In this document: positions 26,878-36,181 of the stretch, in pieces
Position numbering within the stretch: the first letter of the stretch is position 1
Layout of the letters: every line of letters starts with the position of its first letter
Source of the DNA: Acidimicrobiaceae bacterium
GTDB lineage: Bacteria > Actinomycetota > Acidimicrobiia > Acidimicrobiales > RAAP-2
Direction: 5' to 3'
Length of the DNA stretch: 64,000 nt
Assembly (NCBI GenBank): GCA_003161575.1
Contig: PMOE01000093.1
Location: 45,606 to 109,605, forward strand
The notes under the pieces: model-generated
Database searches by the model: none
What the model saw: only the letters and a program-made list of their open reading frames with translations
Told to the model about the DNA's origin: nothing
Position numbers and translations under genes: made by a program

Positions 26878-28086
26878 TCAGCTGCTGACGGTCCGCCAGG
26901 GTGTGACCATCACGTACGAGGTGGGCAACTGCTGACCGCCCGACGCTTCGGCGTCGGAAGAATGAAGACGACTCGTCGGGGCCGATGCGACGGCGTCGAT
27001 CACCGTCGGCCCGGCAGCGCGTGGTTTCGAGGAGGGAACGCTCGACTCAGACGCGACTGGTCGGTTGACGTTCGGCTTGACCTTCTTTCCGCCGCTTGTG
27101 GAAAGGAAAATGACTGCCGCGCCTGCCGCGATCAAGATAATTATCAAGATCACGATCAAGACTGTGATGGCCGTCGTGCTCATGCTCCCCGTGCGATGTG
27201 ACCGCTCCAACACCACGAGGGAGCCTTCGTCGGCGGCGTCGCTCGTCTCCGGCGTCTGAGTCGCATCCCGGCCCTTGGCGAACCTGGCCGGGTAGGGAGG
27301 CAAGGGCGATACAGCACTCGAGTCGGATGTCCGGGGAACGACGTAGCCGGGTACCGCTGGGGGCACCGCAGTTGTGGGCCTCTTTAGTGAAGGCGGCGGG
27401 GCGGTGTAGCCGGGTACCGCTGGGGGCACCGCAGTTGTGGGCCTCTTTAGTGAAGGTGGTGGGGCGGTGTAGCCGGGGACCGCGGGTGGGGGCGTGTTCG
27501 GTGTAGACGGTGGGGGCGTGTTCGGTGTAGACGGTGGGGCCGTGTAGCCGGGGACCGCGGGCGTCGGCATCTTCGGTGAAGGCGGCGGGGCCGTGTAGCC
27601 GGGGACCGCGGGTGGGGGCATCTTCGGTGAAGACGGTGGGGCGGTGTAGCGGGGCACCGCGGGTGGGGGCATCTTCGGTGAAGACGGTGGTGCTACGTAG
27701 CCGGGTACCGCGGGCGGCACCGCGGGTATGGGCGTCTTCGATGAAGAGACAGGGGCGACGTCGCCGGATACCACGGGGATTGGACGGGCCGGGGACGTCC
27801 GAGCGTCGAGCTGCCCGAGAGCCACGAGCGAAGCGGTGCCTCGTGGTTCGTTGGCTTCGAAATACTCGAGGACCGGGAGCGGGGGTTCCGCCGCAATTGG
27901 CTCGCTCACCGCTGAGCCGGCAGGAGATGCAGCAGGGTCCGTCCCATTCCGCTTGGGCGCACCCAACAGAATCTCATCTGTTCGGCGTCCGGTGGCAGTT
28001 GGATGGCCGCAGGATCCGCAGAGCAGTAGACGGGGACGGACAAATTCGCCGCAGTTCTCGCAGACGTCATCCTCTTCTGACTCCAC
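26878..28086 (-). CDS. zinc-ribbon / proline-rich repeat / single-TM protein
   Basis: GTG 28086 leads into the N-terminal CENCGEFVRPRLLLCGSCGHP (CxxC-x11-CxxC), then a repeat region of about 150 aa of PAVPGYTAPPxSPKMPxx units, then the TM segment AITVLIVILIIILIAAGAAVIFL. Confidence 0.7.
   Translation of the reverse strand: MESEEDDVCENCGEFVRPRLLLCGSCGHPTATGRRTDEILLGAPKRNGTDPAASPAGSAVSEPIAAEPPLPVLEYFEANEPRGTASLVALGQLDARTSPARPIPVVSGDVAPVSSSKTPIPAVPPAVPGYVAPPSSPKMPPPAVPRYTAPPSSPKMPPPAVPGYTAPPPSPKMPTPAVPGYTAPPSTPNTPPPSTPNTPPPAVPGYTAPPPSLKRPTTAVPPAVPGYTAPPPSLKRPTTAVPPAVPGYVVPRTSDSSAVSPLPPYPARFAKGRDATQTPETSDAADEGSLVVLERSHRTGSMSTTAITVLIVILIIILIAAGAAVIFLSTSGGKKVKPNVNRPVASESSVPSSKPRAAGPTVIDAVASAPTSRLHSSDAEASGGQQLPTSYVMVTPWRTVSS
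27343..27740. repeat. in-frame tandem repeat tract (63-bp units, near-identical, at 27343 and 27406; shorter related units of about 45 bp follow)
   Basis: GTAGCCGGGTACCGCTGGGGGCACCGCAGTTGTGGGCCTCTTTAGTGAAGG... recurs with a 63-bp period. Downstream are related CCGCGGGTGGGGGCATCTTCGGTGAAGACGGTGG units. Confidence 0.85.
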
Positions 28087-28657
28087 AGCGCACCCCCGCC
28101 TAGGGACACTTTTTGCGACGCCCGCTACGCGTCGATTGCTCCCGCCCCGCCTTTTGCCACGCACGCGATCCCGCATATGTGCTCACGTCGGCCACCACGA
28201 TGTTGGTGGACCTGGTGTGCGGTGTCAATGGCGGGCGAGTTTCACAGGCTCCGATCGGACGAAATTGCCGTTGTGCTGAGCATCGCTTCCCTCGGTGGGG
28301 CGGGAACCTCCCGAGCCGGAATTCCGGCCATCCCGAGCTTGTCCGGTCGCCGGGGCCCCCGATCGTCGGATTTTCGGCCAATGCCGGTCGGATCCAGATC
28401 GATGCGCCGGATGGCCCCACGGGGGCGGTGGACTCGGGTGGGGGAGCGCCCGATCGAGACGCCAACGGGCCCAATGACCCGGTGGCTCGATCTCCGTAGT
28501 CTGGTCGAAGAAACTTCGAAGCCTTTCTGGACAGGATCACCAGATCGTATTCTTGGTCTCCGGCGTATCGAACCGCATCGCCGGTGACCGAGCCACCCGC
28601 CCGAGGACACCATTTACCGCAAGACGTCGCCCCACCGGGCGCGCAAAGGAGGACGTC

Positions 28658-29341
28658 GTGGATCAGACCCGGCTCAACGAATCCGGCGAGTACGCCGGTC
28701 GGCGCGAGGCGCTTCGACTGGCTGAAATCGAGCTCATGCGCCATCGTGAACATGTCGCGTCGCTGCGGCGAGACCTGCCCGCGGGCGCCCCAGTGGACGA
28801 CTTCGTCTTCGAAGAGGGACCGAGTCGGCTCGAAGACGGTGACACCCCTGTCACCACAGTGCGACTCAGCCAGCTGTTCACCTCGCGCGAGCGACCCTTG
28901 GTCATCTATCACCTCATGTACGGCAAGGCCCAAACGTCGCCGTGCCCCATGTGCACCATGTGGGTAGACGGCTTCAACGGCGTGGGGCACCATCTTGCGC
29001 AGAATGTCGACTTCGCCGTTGTTGCGGCAGCGGACGTCGCCACGTTGCGGCTGCACGCACGTGCCCGCGGTTGGGACCGAGTGCGGTTGCTGAGTTGCGC
29101 TGATAGTACGTTCAACTTCGACCTCGGCGCCGAAGACGCCGCTGGCAATCAAGATTCGACTGTTTCGGTCTTTACGTTGGACCCGGACGGTTCGCCGCGT
29201 CATTTCTATTCCACCCATCCCACGATGGCCGACGACATCAACCAACGCGGGATCGACCTCCTGGCACCGGTTTGGCACGTCCTTGACCTCACCCCGCAAG
29301 GGAGAGGCGATTGGTATGCGTCGCTCGACTACGGCGCCTGA
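28658..29341 (+). CDS. DUF899-type thioredoxin-fold protein
   Basis: GTG 28658 follows AAAGGAGGA. The product contains YAGRREALRLAEIELMRHREHVA...LVIYHLMYGKAQTSPCPMCTMWVDGFNG...DLTPQGRGDWYASLDY, the characteristic DUF899 pattern with CPxC. Confidence 0.8.
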   Translation: MDQTRLNESGEYAGRREALRLAEIELMRHREHVASLRRDLPAGAPVDDFVFEEGPSRLEDGDTPVTTVRLSQLFTSRERPLVIYHLMYGKAQTSPCPMCTMWVDGFNGVGHHLAQNVDFAVVAAADVATLRLHARARGWDRVRLLSCADSTFNFDLGAEDAAGNQDSTVSVFTLDPDGSPRHFYSTHPTMADDINQRGIDLLAPVWHVLDLTPQGRGDWYASLDYGA

Positions 29342-29480
29342 ACGGCGAACCTGGTTACCCGCCGCGATTGCACATTCTGAGTTGAGATCGCTCCAGGGCG
29401 ACGGTGAGTTCAGGGCGGTTGCCCACCCATCTCCGGCTCCCAGAAGAGATCGAACTGACCGGCAAGGAGGATTCGACCGA

Positions 29481-30265
29481 GTGCTACAGCGAGATGAAGG
29501 GCGGCGACTCTTCGGCCTCGATCCAGCAGGTTACGAGGCCGGGCGACCCGAATACCCGACCTACGTGTATGACGTGCTCGTCACCCGGTGTGGACTTCGA
29601 CCTGGTTGTCGGGTCTTGGAGATCGGCCCGGGCACCGGGTTGGTGACGCGACACCTCTTGATGGATGGGGCCCGGGTCACGGCCGTGGAGCCTGATCTAA
29701 TGCTTGCGGAGTATCTGATGGCCGCATGTCCGCACGTCGGCGTCGTGGGTGCGCCGTTCGAAGATGCCCTGATCCCGGAAGCGACATACGACTTAGCAGT
29801 GGCCGCCACCTCATTTCACTGGGTTGAACAGGAGTTGGGGCTGGCCAAGCTGGGTCGGGCTTTGAAAACCGGAGGGTGGGTCGCTCTTTGGTGGACCCTG
29901 TTCCGGGACCCCGGACACCCCGACAGCTTCGCCGAGGCGTGGAACAGATACTCGGACCCGCGACTCGCGGCACCTTCGACGAGTCGGGCCGTCCGCCCTT
30001 CCAGTTGGACGAGGAGCACCGAAAGCGCGACCTTGCAGCGTGGGCAGGCTTGGTCGACGTGCAGAGTGAGTTATTCCATTGGCCTTGCCTGCTCAGCCCA
30101 GCCCAGGCCCGAGCGCTCTACGCCTCGATGGCAACTGTTCTGCGGCGCCCGCTCGACGAACAGGTGCGGCTACTGGACGCAATCGAACATCTTGCAGCCG
30201 ACCAGTTCGGCGGAATGGTCGAACGTCGCTTCGTCACTGCGCTGTACACGGGCTGCCGATCGTGA
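29481..30265 (+). pseudogene. class I SAM-dependent methyltransferase interrupted by a 1-nt frameshift near 29939
   Basis: GTG 29481 follows AAGGAGG. Motif I VLEIGPGTGLVT lies in frame 0 up to ...DSFAEA. The homologous C-terminal part (VEQILGP...LLDAIEHLAADQFGGMVERRFVTALYT) continues in the other frame to TGA 30263-30265. Adding one G would restore a single ORF. Confidence 0.65.
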
Positions 30266-30304
30266 GTGCCTCGGCGGATTCCAAGATCCAGCGTCGGCCA
30301 ACGT

Positions 30305-31567
30305 TCAGAGTCGAGCGTACGTTGCAGCCTCCGTCGCGAAACGCTCAGCCGCGTCCACGTTGACCGATGGGCGGGTGGCCTCGATAGCGGCGAAGACGTC
30401 ATCGTCGTCAATTCGGTCTGGGCCGCCGGCGAGGGCGCGGTCGAAGGCGAATTGGGCGCTGCGCTGAGCAATCAGGGCGAAGTCAGCCGGCGTGAACCCC
30501 GCGGTGCGGGATGCTACGACAACCGGATCAGGGCCCGAAAGGAACTCCGCGGCCAGCTCGGCTCGACCTGAATCGTCGGGCGCGCCGACCGGGATGATCA
30601 GATCGAATCGCCCGGGACGCAGTAAGGCGGAGTCGATCGAGGCGATGGAGTTGGTGGCCATCACTATCAGGCGATCCGGCTGTGACTTGAAGGTGGGGAT
30701 AGCCTTGAGGAGTTCGTTGACCAGCGGTTGATTGTCCGGTCGCCCGGCACGGTCAGCAGCAATTTCGTCGGCCTCGTCGACGAAACAGACGAGGCGATCG
30801 ACCCGTTGGAGCTCGTCCAGGGCCTGGCGCAGCGCGGCGGCACCCTGAGCCCCTTGACCAAGCAGGGACGGATGAAGCTCAACGAAGACCCAACTGAGGC
30901 GTGAGGCAATCGCGCGGGCGAACGAAGTCTTGCCGGTCCCTGGCGGACCGAACAACAAGATCGCGGCCGGTGGGACCAAGCCGAGTCGGTCGGCCAGATC
31001 ACGATGGCGCAAGGGTTCGACCACTCGGCGTTCGAGAAGCTCCTTGGTCGCGCTGAACCCCTTCATCGCTTCCCAAAGTCCCGGGTCCGGGAAGCGCCCG
31101 CCGTAGTGTTCGACCCGGGCGAGGTCCTCGGGCACCATGGAGGCGTCACGGAAATAGAGATCGAGACCATCGATGTGCGTGAACCCCTGGTTGGCAAATG
31201 CCTCCTCTCCGACCTGGCCTGGCCGGACGATCGCCACCAGCCGTCGGGCGCCCCGGTGAATGATCTCTTGGTCTAAGCCCCGCAGCAGTGCCGAGCCGAT
31301 GCCCAGGTGTCGCCAACGTGGATGCAGGGCGAAGGAGAGGAGATGGGCGTCTGGACCGCCGATCCGCGCCACCGCTGCTCCGACAAGGTCACCTGACGCC
31401 TGGACTGCGACAACCGCGGGCTCGTGTTCGTGCAATGCCTCGACGACATCGCTGCGGTTGTAGGCGGTGCCGGCGGCGGTACCGGCGGCGTCCATCAACT
31501 CTACGACGTCCTCGAAGGAGACGGCTGGGTCATGATCGAGTGTCAGTACTCGCCAGGAAGCGGTCAC
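30305..31567 (-). CDS. GNAT N-acetyltransferase fused to a classical AAA+ ATPase module
   Basis: GTG 31567 follows GAAAGGA. The GNAT acetyl-CoA motif is RWRHLGIGSALL. The AAA module has Walker A LFGPPGTGKT, Walker B VCFVDEADE and the second region of homology MATNSIASIDSALLRPGRFD. Confidence 0.85.
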   Translation of the reverse strand: MTASWRVLTLDHDPAVSFEDVVELMDAAGTAAGTAYNRSDVVEALHEHEPAVVAVQASGDLVGAAVARIGGPDAHLLSFALHPRWRHLGIGSALLRGLDQEIIHRGARRLVAIVRPGQVGEEAFANQGFTHIDGLDLYFRDASMVPEDLARVEHYGGRFPDPGLWEAMKGFSATKELLERRVVEPLRHRDLADRLGLVPPAAILLFGPPGTGKTSFARAIASRLSWVFVELHPSLLGQGAQGAAALRQALDELQRVDRLVCFVDEADEIAADRAGRPDNQPLVNELLKAIPTFKSQPDRLIVMATNSIASIDSALLRPGRFDLIIPVGAPDDSGRAELAAEFLSGPDPVVVASRTAGFTPADFALIAQRSAQFAFDRALAGGPDRIDDDDVFAAIEATRPSVNVDAAERFATEAATYARL

Positions 31568-31932
31568 AGTCGAAGTCCTTTCTACACCTCGATCTCAACA
31601 GATGCGCCGCCAATCCGTCGGGCCGGCGTACTGGGGAGGCGCGAAATGAAGCACCGCAGAAGGCTGCACGTACGGGGTCTCTTTCGATGGTCCTCGCGCG
31701 ATAGTGGCGCCATCTTCTCGGGTACGCCGGCAACCAATCCCACCATGGACACCCGGCGACAAGAAGGGGGGGTGTCCTTCGGTCGGCGTGGCAGAGAATG
31801 TGGATGTGCCTTTTCGTTGGCAGGTGGGACTGGTCCACAGCGCGAACTCAATGCCCGTTCCGATCGGATTAGTCTCCACGCGTAGTGCATGAGACGTGGG
31901 CCGCAGGGCCGTCTGAAGGGGGTACGTAATTC

Positions 31933-33774
31933 ATGGGCGGCATGGGCCGCTCGCTGCAAGCGGGCAACTCCATCGTCGTCTCGGCGTTTCACACGGCTCT
32001 GTTCCACCAGCTCCTGCTGCTGTTGGTGATCGCCGCTGGACTCGCCATCGGGTTCAATGTGGTGCGAACCATCCAGTACCGACGACTGGCGGCCGAGGGG
32101 CGGGCCACCTTCCCGGCTGTGTCGAAGTGGCCGTACCCCGAGCCGGCGGGCCGCCGGATCCTTCGGATCAGTTTCGGTCTGCTGTGGGTACTCGACGGTC
32201 TCTTGCAGCTCCAGGCCGCGATGCCGCTCGCCCTGCCCTCGAGCGTGATCCAACCGGCGGCCAGCACCTCGCCGCAATGGGTCCAGCATCTGGTCAACAG
32301 CGGGGTGAGCATCTGGTCCAACCACCCTGTGCAGGCGGCCGCCGCCACCGTGTGGATCCAAGTGGGGCTGGGCATCTGGCTCCTCGTTGCCCCGCGGGGG
32401 CTGTGGTCCCGGGCGGGTGGCCTGGCCAGCGCCGGCTGGGGGCTCATCGTCTGGATCTTTGGCGAGGCCTTCGGCGGCATCTTCGGTCCTGGGCTGACTT
32501 GGCTGTTCGGGGCTCCCGGCGCCGTCCTCTTCTACTGTGCCGCCGGCGTGTTGCTGGCGCTGCCCGACCGGGCCTTCGCCACTCCCCGGCTCGGTCGAAT
32601 CGTACTGGCGGTAAGCGGAGCCTTCTTCATCGGCATGGCGGTCCTTCAGGCGTGGCCGGGACGGGGTTTTTGGCAGGGGCGCATCCACGCCTCGAACCAT
32701 GTCGGCACCCTGACCGGGATGGTGCAACAGATGGCCCAGACACCCCAACCCGGTTTCCTCTCCTCGTGGGTGTCGGCGTTCGGTGCCTTCGATGCCGCCC
32801 ACGGCTGGGCGGTCAACCTGGTGGCCGTCGTAGCTCTGGCGGCCATTGGGGTCGCCTTGTGCACCGGCCGGCGGCGTCTCGTATTTCCGGCGTTGGTGGC
32901 GGCCATCGCACTGTGCCTGGCCGACTGGTTGCTTGTGGAAGACCTCGGCTTCCTCGGCGGCGTCGGCACCGATCCCAACAGCATGGTGCCCATGGCGATC
33001 GTCCTCGTGGCGGGCTACGTCGCGCTGGTCCGTGTACCAGTCCCGGTCCAGGCCTCAGCACCCGTTGTCGATGCGACCGTGGTCGCGACCGAGACGTCGC
33101 GATGGTGGGAGAAGGCGACACCGTCCTACGTGGTGCGCACGGCCGCCGCCCTCGGTGCGGTGGCGATCGTCCTCGTCGGCACTGCGCCGATGGCCTTGGC
33201 CGCCACCAACCCCAACGCCGACCCCATCCTCTCTGAGGCCCTCAACGGCACCCCCAACATGCTCGACACACCTGCCCCGCCGTTCCACCTGATCGACCAG
33301 CGGGGCACCACCGTCAACCTGGCCAGCTTGCGAGGCCGCGTTGTGGCGTTGACCTTCCTCGATCCGGTCTGTACGTCGGACTGCCCACTCATCGCCCAGG
33401 AGTTCCGCCAGGCCGATCAGCGCCTGGCGGCCGAAGCTCCAAAGGTCGACTTCGTCGCCATCGTGGCCAACCCGATCTACCGGTCAGTGTCGTTCACGAA
33501 TGCCTTTGACCGCCAGGAGTCCCTCGAGCACCTGGCCAACTGGTTCTACCTGACCGGGTCGGTGGCGCAGCTGCAACACGTCTGGGATTCCTACGGGGTG
33601 TTGGTGGGCACCGAATCGGCCGGGGCAATGATTGCCCACAGCGACCTGGCTTTTGTTATCGACGCCGAGGGGCGCGAACGCGATGCCCTCGTCGATGACC
33701 CCGGACCCGACAGCGCCTTCGGGTCCTCCTTTACCTCCCTCCTTTTGGACCGAATTGACCAAGTCCTCCATTGA
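31933..33774 (+). CDS. polytopic membrane domain fused to a C-terminal SCO1/SenC-type thioredoxin-fold copper chaperone domain
   Basis: The 613-aa product has about 10 hydrophobic segments in the first 400 aa or so. The C-terminus reads FHLIDQRGTTVNLASLRGRVVALTFLDPVCTSDCP (CxxxC), followed later by H in ...MIAHSDLAFVID. Confidence 0.8.
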   Translation: MGGMGRSLQAGNSIVVSAFHTALFHQLLLLLVIAAGLAIGFNVVRTIQYRRLAAEGRATFPAVSKWPYPEPAGRRILRISFGLLWVLDGLLQLQAAMPLALPSSVIQPAASTSPQWVQHLVNSGVSIWSNHPVQAAAATVWIQVGLGIWLLVAPRGLWSRAGGLASAGWGLIVWIFGEAFGGIFGPGLTWLFGAPGAVLFYCAAGVLLALPDRAFATPRLGRIVLAVSGAFFIGMAVLQAWPGRGFWQGRIHASNHVGTLTGMVQQMAQTPQPGFLSSWVSAFGAFDAAHGWAVNLVAVVALAAIGVALCTGRRRLVFPALVAAIALCLADWLLVEDLGFLGGVGTDPNSMVPMAIVLVAGYVALVRVPVPVQASAPVVDATVVATETSRWWEKATPSYVVRTAAALGAVAIVLVGTAPMALAATNPNADPILSEALNGTPNMLDTPAPPFHLIDQRGTTVNLASLRGRVVALTFLDPVCTSDCPLIAQEFRQADQRLAAEAPKVDFVAIVANPIYRSVSFTNAFDRQESLEHLANWFYLTGSVAQLQHVWDSYGVLVGTESAGAMIAHSDLAFVIDAEGRERDALVDDPGPDSAFGSSFTSLLLDRIDQVLH

Positions 33775-33805
33775 CGGTGCCACCCCACCGGGGTCGGGTC
33801 ATCTC

Positions 33806-34999
33806 GTGAGATCGGCAGCGGGTGTCCGGGCGACCTCGGTCCTGGTGGCTGGGGTCCTGGCAACCGTGCTCTTCGTGGCTGCACTCGCGTTCCCGCCGAA
33901 GGCGTCAGCTACCGCGCTGCCACCTCAGCTGCGAGTACCCCTGGCGACCGCCGTCACCACCCCAGCGGGGTCCTGGGCCGTCGTGGCGATGGGCCACCTG
34001 AGCGACCCTCTCAACACCTTCTGGGAGCTCTTCTTCCTTGCCCCGGGTGCTTCCCGCTGGTCGTTGGTCACCCCGCCCGGAGTGGCCGACAACGGGGGTC
34101 TAGTGGCAGGAGTCCCCTTCTTCGGACCAGTCGCCATCGGTTTCGAGCCGAGTCAACAACTCCACTACTCCCCGTTGGCCCTGAGTAGCGACGGGGGCGC
34201 ACACTGGACACCAGCGCTGATGCCAACGGCGCTGTCGGCAGCACCCGATGCGTTGGCCTACGAGCCGGCCGGTCCGGCCGTGCCGGGGCGCGCCCTGGCG
34301 CTGGTGCGAACCCGTGGTGGCCAGGTGCTGGCCGGCCCGGCGAGTCTGATCGGCTGGGCGCCGTTGGTGAGCGACCGTGCCCTCATGGCGCTCGCCGGCC
34401 GGTCCTGCGGCATCGAGGGCCTGGACGCGGTCGCGTTCGGACCGGGGGGTGGGCCGATGGTCGGCACCGGGTGCCGGCGCCCGGGCCAGGTCGGGATCTT
34501 CACCCTGCAGGGTGGCCTGTGGAGGCAGACGGGGCCGACTCTCAGTGCTCCGTTGGCCGGGTCTCCCACCGAAATGCTCCGGTTGGACGTTTCTGGCTCG
34601 GCGATCACAGGGTTGGTCGCAGACAGCAACGGCGCCGGCTCCCGCCTGCTCGCGGTGTGGCGGCACGGCGGCGGATCGTGGTCGGCTTCTGCGCCGCTAC
34701 CGATAGGGCCCTCCCAGACGCTGTTGTCCACGGCGTTCGGGGTCGGTGGGGAGCTGGCGGTCCTAGTCGCAGGGCCCGGCAAGAACCGGACACCTGAGGA
34801 GGTGGCTCCGGGCCGACCGTGGATCCGGCTTCCCCTGCTCCCGCCGGGAACCACCACCGTGGCCCCGATGGGGAACGGGAGCATCGACGCCTTCGATGTG
34901 CACGGGTCACATCTGCGCGTCTACACCCTCGCCGCCGGCGCCAACACATGGATCAGCTCCCAGTCGATGGACGTCCCCATCGCCTACGGGTCGTCCTGA
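33806..34999 (+). CDS. secreted hypothetical protein
   Basis: GTG 33806 gives the signal-peptide-like [35 protein letters not shown]. The protein is Gly/Ala/Pro-rich and probably beta-rich. An alternative TTG start lies at 33755. I recognise no family. Confidence 0.55.
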   Translation: MRSAAGVRATSVLVAGVLATVLFVAALAFPPKASATALPPQLRVPLATAVTTPAGSWAVVAMGHLSDPLNTFWELFFLAPGASRWSLVTPPGVADNGGLVAGVPFFGPVAIGFEPSQQLHYSPLALSSDGGAHWTPALMPTALSAAPDALAYEPAGPAVPGRALALVRTRGGQVLAGPASLIGWAPLVSDRALMALAGRSCGIEGLDAVAFGPGGGPMVGTGCRRPGQVGIFTLQGGLWRQTGPTLSAPLAGSPTEMLRLDVSGSAITGLVADSNGAGSRLLAVWRHGGGSWSASAPLPIGPSQTLLSTAFGVGGELAVLVAGPGKNRTPEEVAPGRPWIRLPLLPPGTTTVAPMGNGSIDAFDVHGSHLRVYTLAAGANTWISSQSMDVPIAYGSS

Positions 35000-35057
35000 T
35001 CGCGAGGCTCCGCGCTACCGTGGCCAGCATCGTCCCCACCGCAGGCAGCCAGACCAC

Positions 35058-35981
35058 ATGAGTTATCTGGTGCAGAACTGGAGCTTCGACCCGTTTGTGG
35101 TCGTGGTGGCGGTCATAGTGGTGCTGCACGAGTTCGGCCTGGCCAACCTGCGGCGGCGCTCCGTTGCGGAACGGACCCGCCGGCGCCGCCACAAGGCGCT
35201 CCTTTTCTATGCGGGGCTGGCCATGCTGCTCCTGGCGGTCGTGTCGCCCATCGACTACTGGGCCGACGACTACTTCTTCGTGCACATGATCGAGCACATC
35301 CTGATCGCCTTCTTCGCCCCCATCCTCATCGTGGCCGGCGCCCCATGGTTGCCGTTGCTCCACGGCCTGCCCGTCGGTGTGCGCCGGCGAGTCGGGCGCG
35401 CCGTCCTTTTGGGGAAGTGGTCCACCCCGTTGCGGGCGGTGGGTCGGTTCGTGGGCAACCCCTGGACGGCACTGGTGTCCTTCAACGCCGTGATGCTCCT
35501 CTGGCACGTACCGGCCCTGTTTGATGTGGCTGAGGAAAACCAGTTCGTCCACATCTGGCTCATGCACGCGAGCTTCTTTGTGACCGGCGTCCTCTTTTGG
35601 TTGCAGATCATCCCGTCGTACCCGTTCCGACTCAAGACGTCGGCCCTGTGGCAGATGGGCGCCATAATCGGGACCAACGTGGTCATGTTCGTGCTGGCCA
35701 TGTCCCTGTCCCTCTTGACCTCCGCGAGCTGGTACTCGGTGTACCTCCACGTCCCCGGGGTCACGCTTTCGCCCTTCGCCGATCAGCAGATCGGCGCGGC
35801 CATCTTGTGGATCTGCGGCGACTTCTGGGCTGTCCCCGCCCTGGCACTGGTCATCAAGCGGGGGATGGATAGTGACGGGGGCTTCTCGGCTGCCGTCGAC
35901 CGGATGTTGCACCGGGATCCCGGCATGACCATCGAAGAATTCCGGGGCCAGGCCCTCCAGGAGCCAGGACGTCCGGGCTGA
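35058..35981 (+). CDS. ctaG: cytochrome c oxidase assembly factor, Caa3-CtaG-type membrane protein
   Basis: ATG 35058 starts a 307-aa multi-TM protein containing [25 protein letters not shown]...HVPALFD...[12 protein letters not shown]...[16 protein letters not shown], the typical family signature. Confidence 0.75.
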   Translation: MSYLVQNWSFDPFVVVVAVIVVLHEFGLANLRRRSVAERTRRRRHKALLFYAGLAMLLLAVVSPIDYWADDYFFVHMIEHILIAFFAPILIVAGAPWLPLLHGLPVGVRRRVGRAVLLGKWSTPLRAVGRFVGNPWTALVSFNAVMLLWHVPALFDVAEENQFVHIWLMHASFFVTGVLFWLQIIPSYPFRLKTSALWQMGAIIGTNVVMFVLAMSLSLLTSASWYSVYLHVPGVTLSPFADQQIGAAILWICGDFWAVPALALVIKRGMDSDGGFSAAVDRMLHRDPGMTIEEFRGQALQEPGRPG

Positions 35982-36041
35982 TTCTCGCGTTGGGCCCGAT
36001 TGATTGGGCGCATCGTTGATCGGGGCCCTCGAGGAGGGTGA

Positions 36042-36070
36042 TTGACGCCCCCGGCCCGCCGCCGTATCCT
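36042..36070 (+). promoter_or_regulatory. sigma-A-like promoter candidate TTGACG-17 nt-TATCCT upstream of the oxidase operon
   Basis: The spacer is exactly 17 nt. The element lies in the 200-bp gap before the cupredoxin-ctaC-ctaD genes and would give a leader of about 105 nt. Confidence 0.35.
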
Positions 36071-36181
36071 CAACTTGCGGTGATCAAGTCGTAGTTAAGT
36101 CGACCCGGGGGTCGTCTGCGCCAATGGCGGTTCCGATTCGTCGGGGCCCGGCACAGTGGCAGCCGGAGACTGGGGGAACGG

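Noticed and set aside
24556-27740. Tandem repeats at 24556-24630 and 27343-27740 considered as possible CRISPR or other non-coding arrays
   Set aside because: The units are directly adjacent with no spacers. Their periods are multiples of 3, and they translate in frame into peptide repeats within well-supported genes. No cas genes are present in the window.
28100-29299. 399-aa minus-strand ORF opposite DUF899
   Set aside because: The plus strand encodes a recognisable DUF899 protein with an SD. The antisense translation has no motifs and an Arg/Gly-rich composition.
31568-31932. 365-bp divergent intergenic region before the copper island, inspected for riboswitch-like or metal-regulator (CsoR/CopY-type) palindromes
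   Set aside because: No convincing inverted repeat or conserved riboswitch core was recognised by eye. This needs a covariance-model scan.
31582-32802. 406-aa minus-strand ORF opposite the membrane-SCO fusion gene
   Set aside because: Its translation is highly charged and Arg/Pro/Gly-rich. The plus strand encodes coherent TM helices plus an SCO domain.
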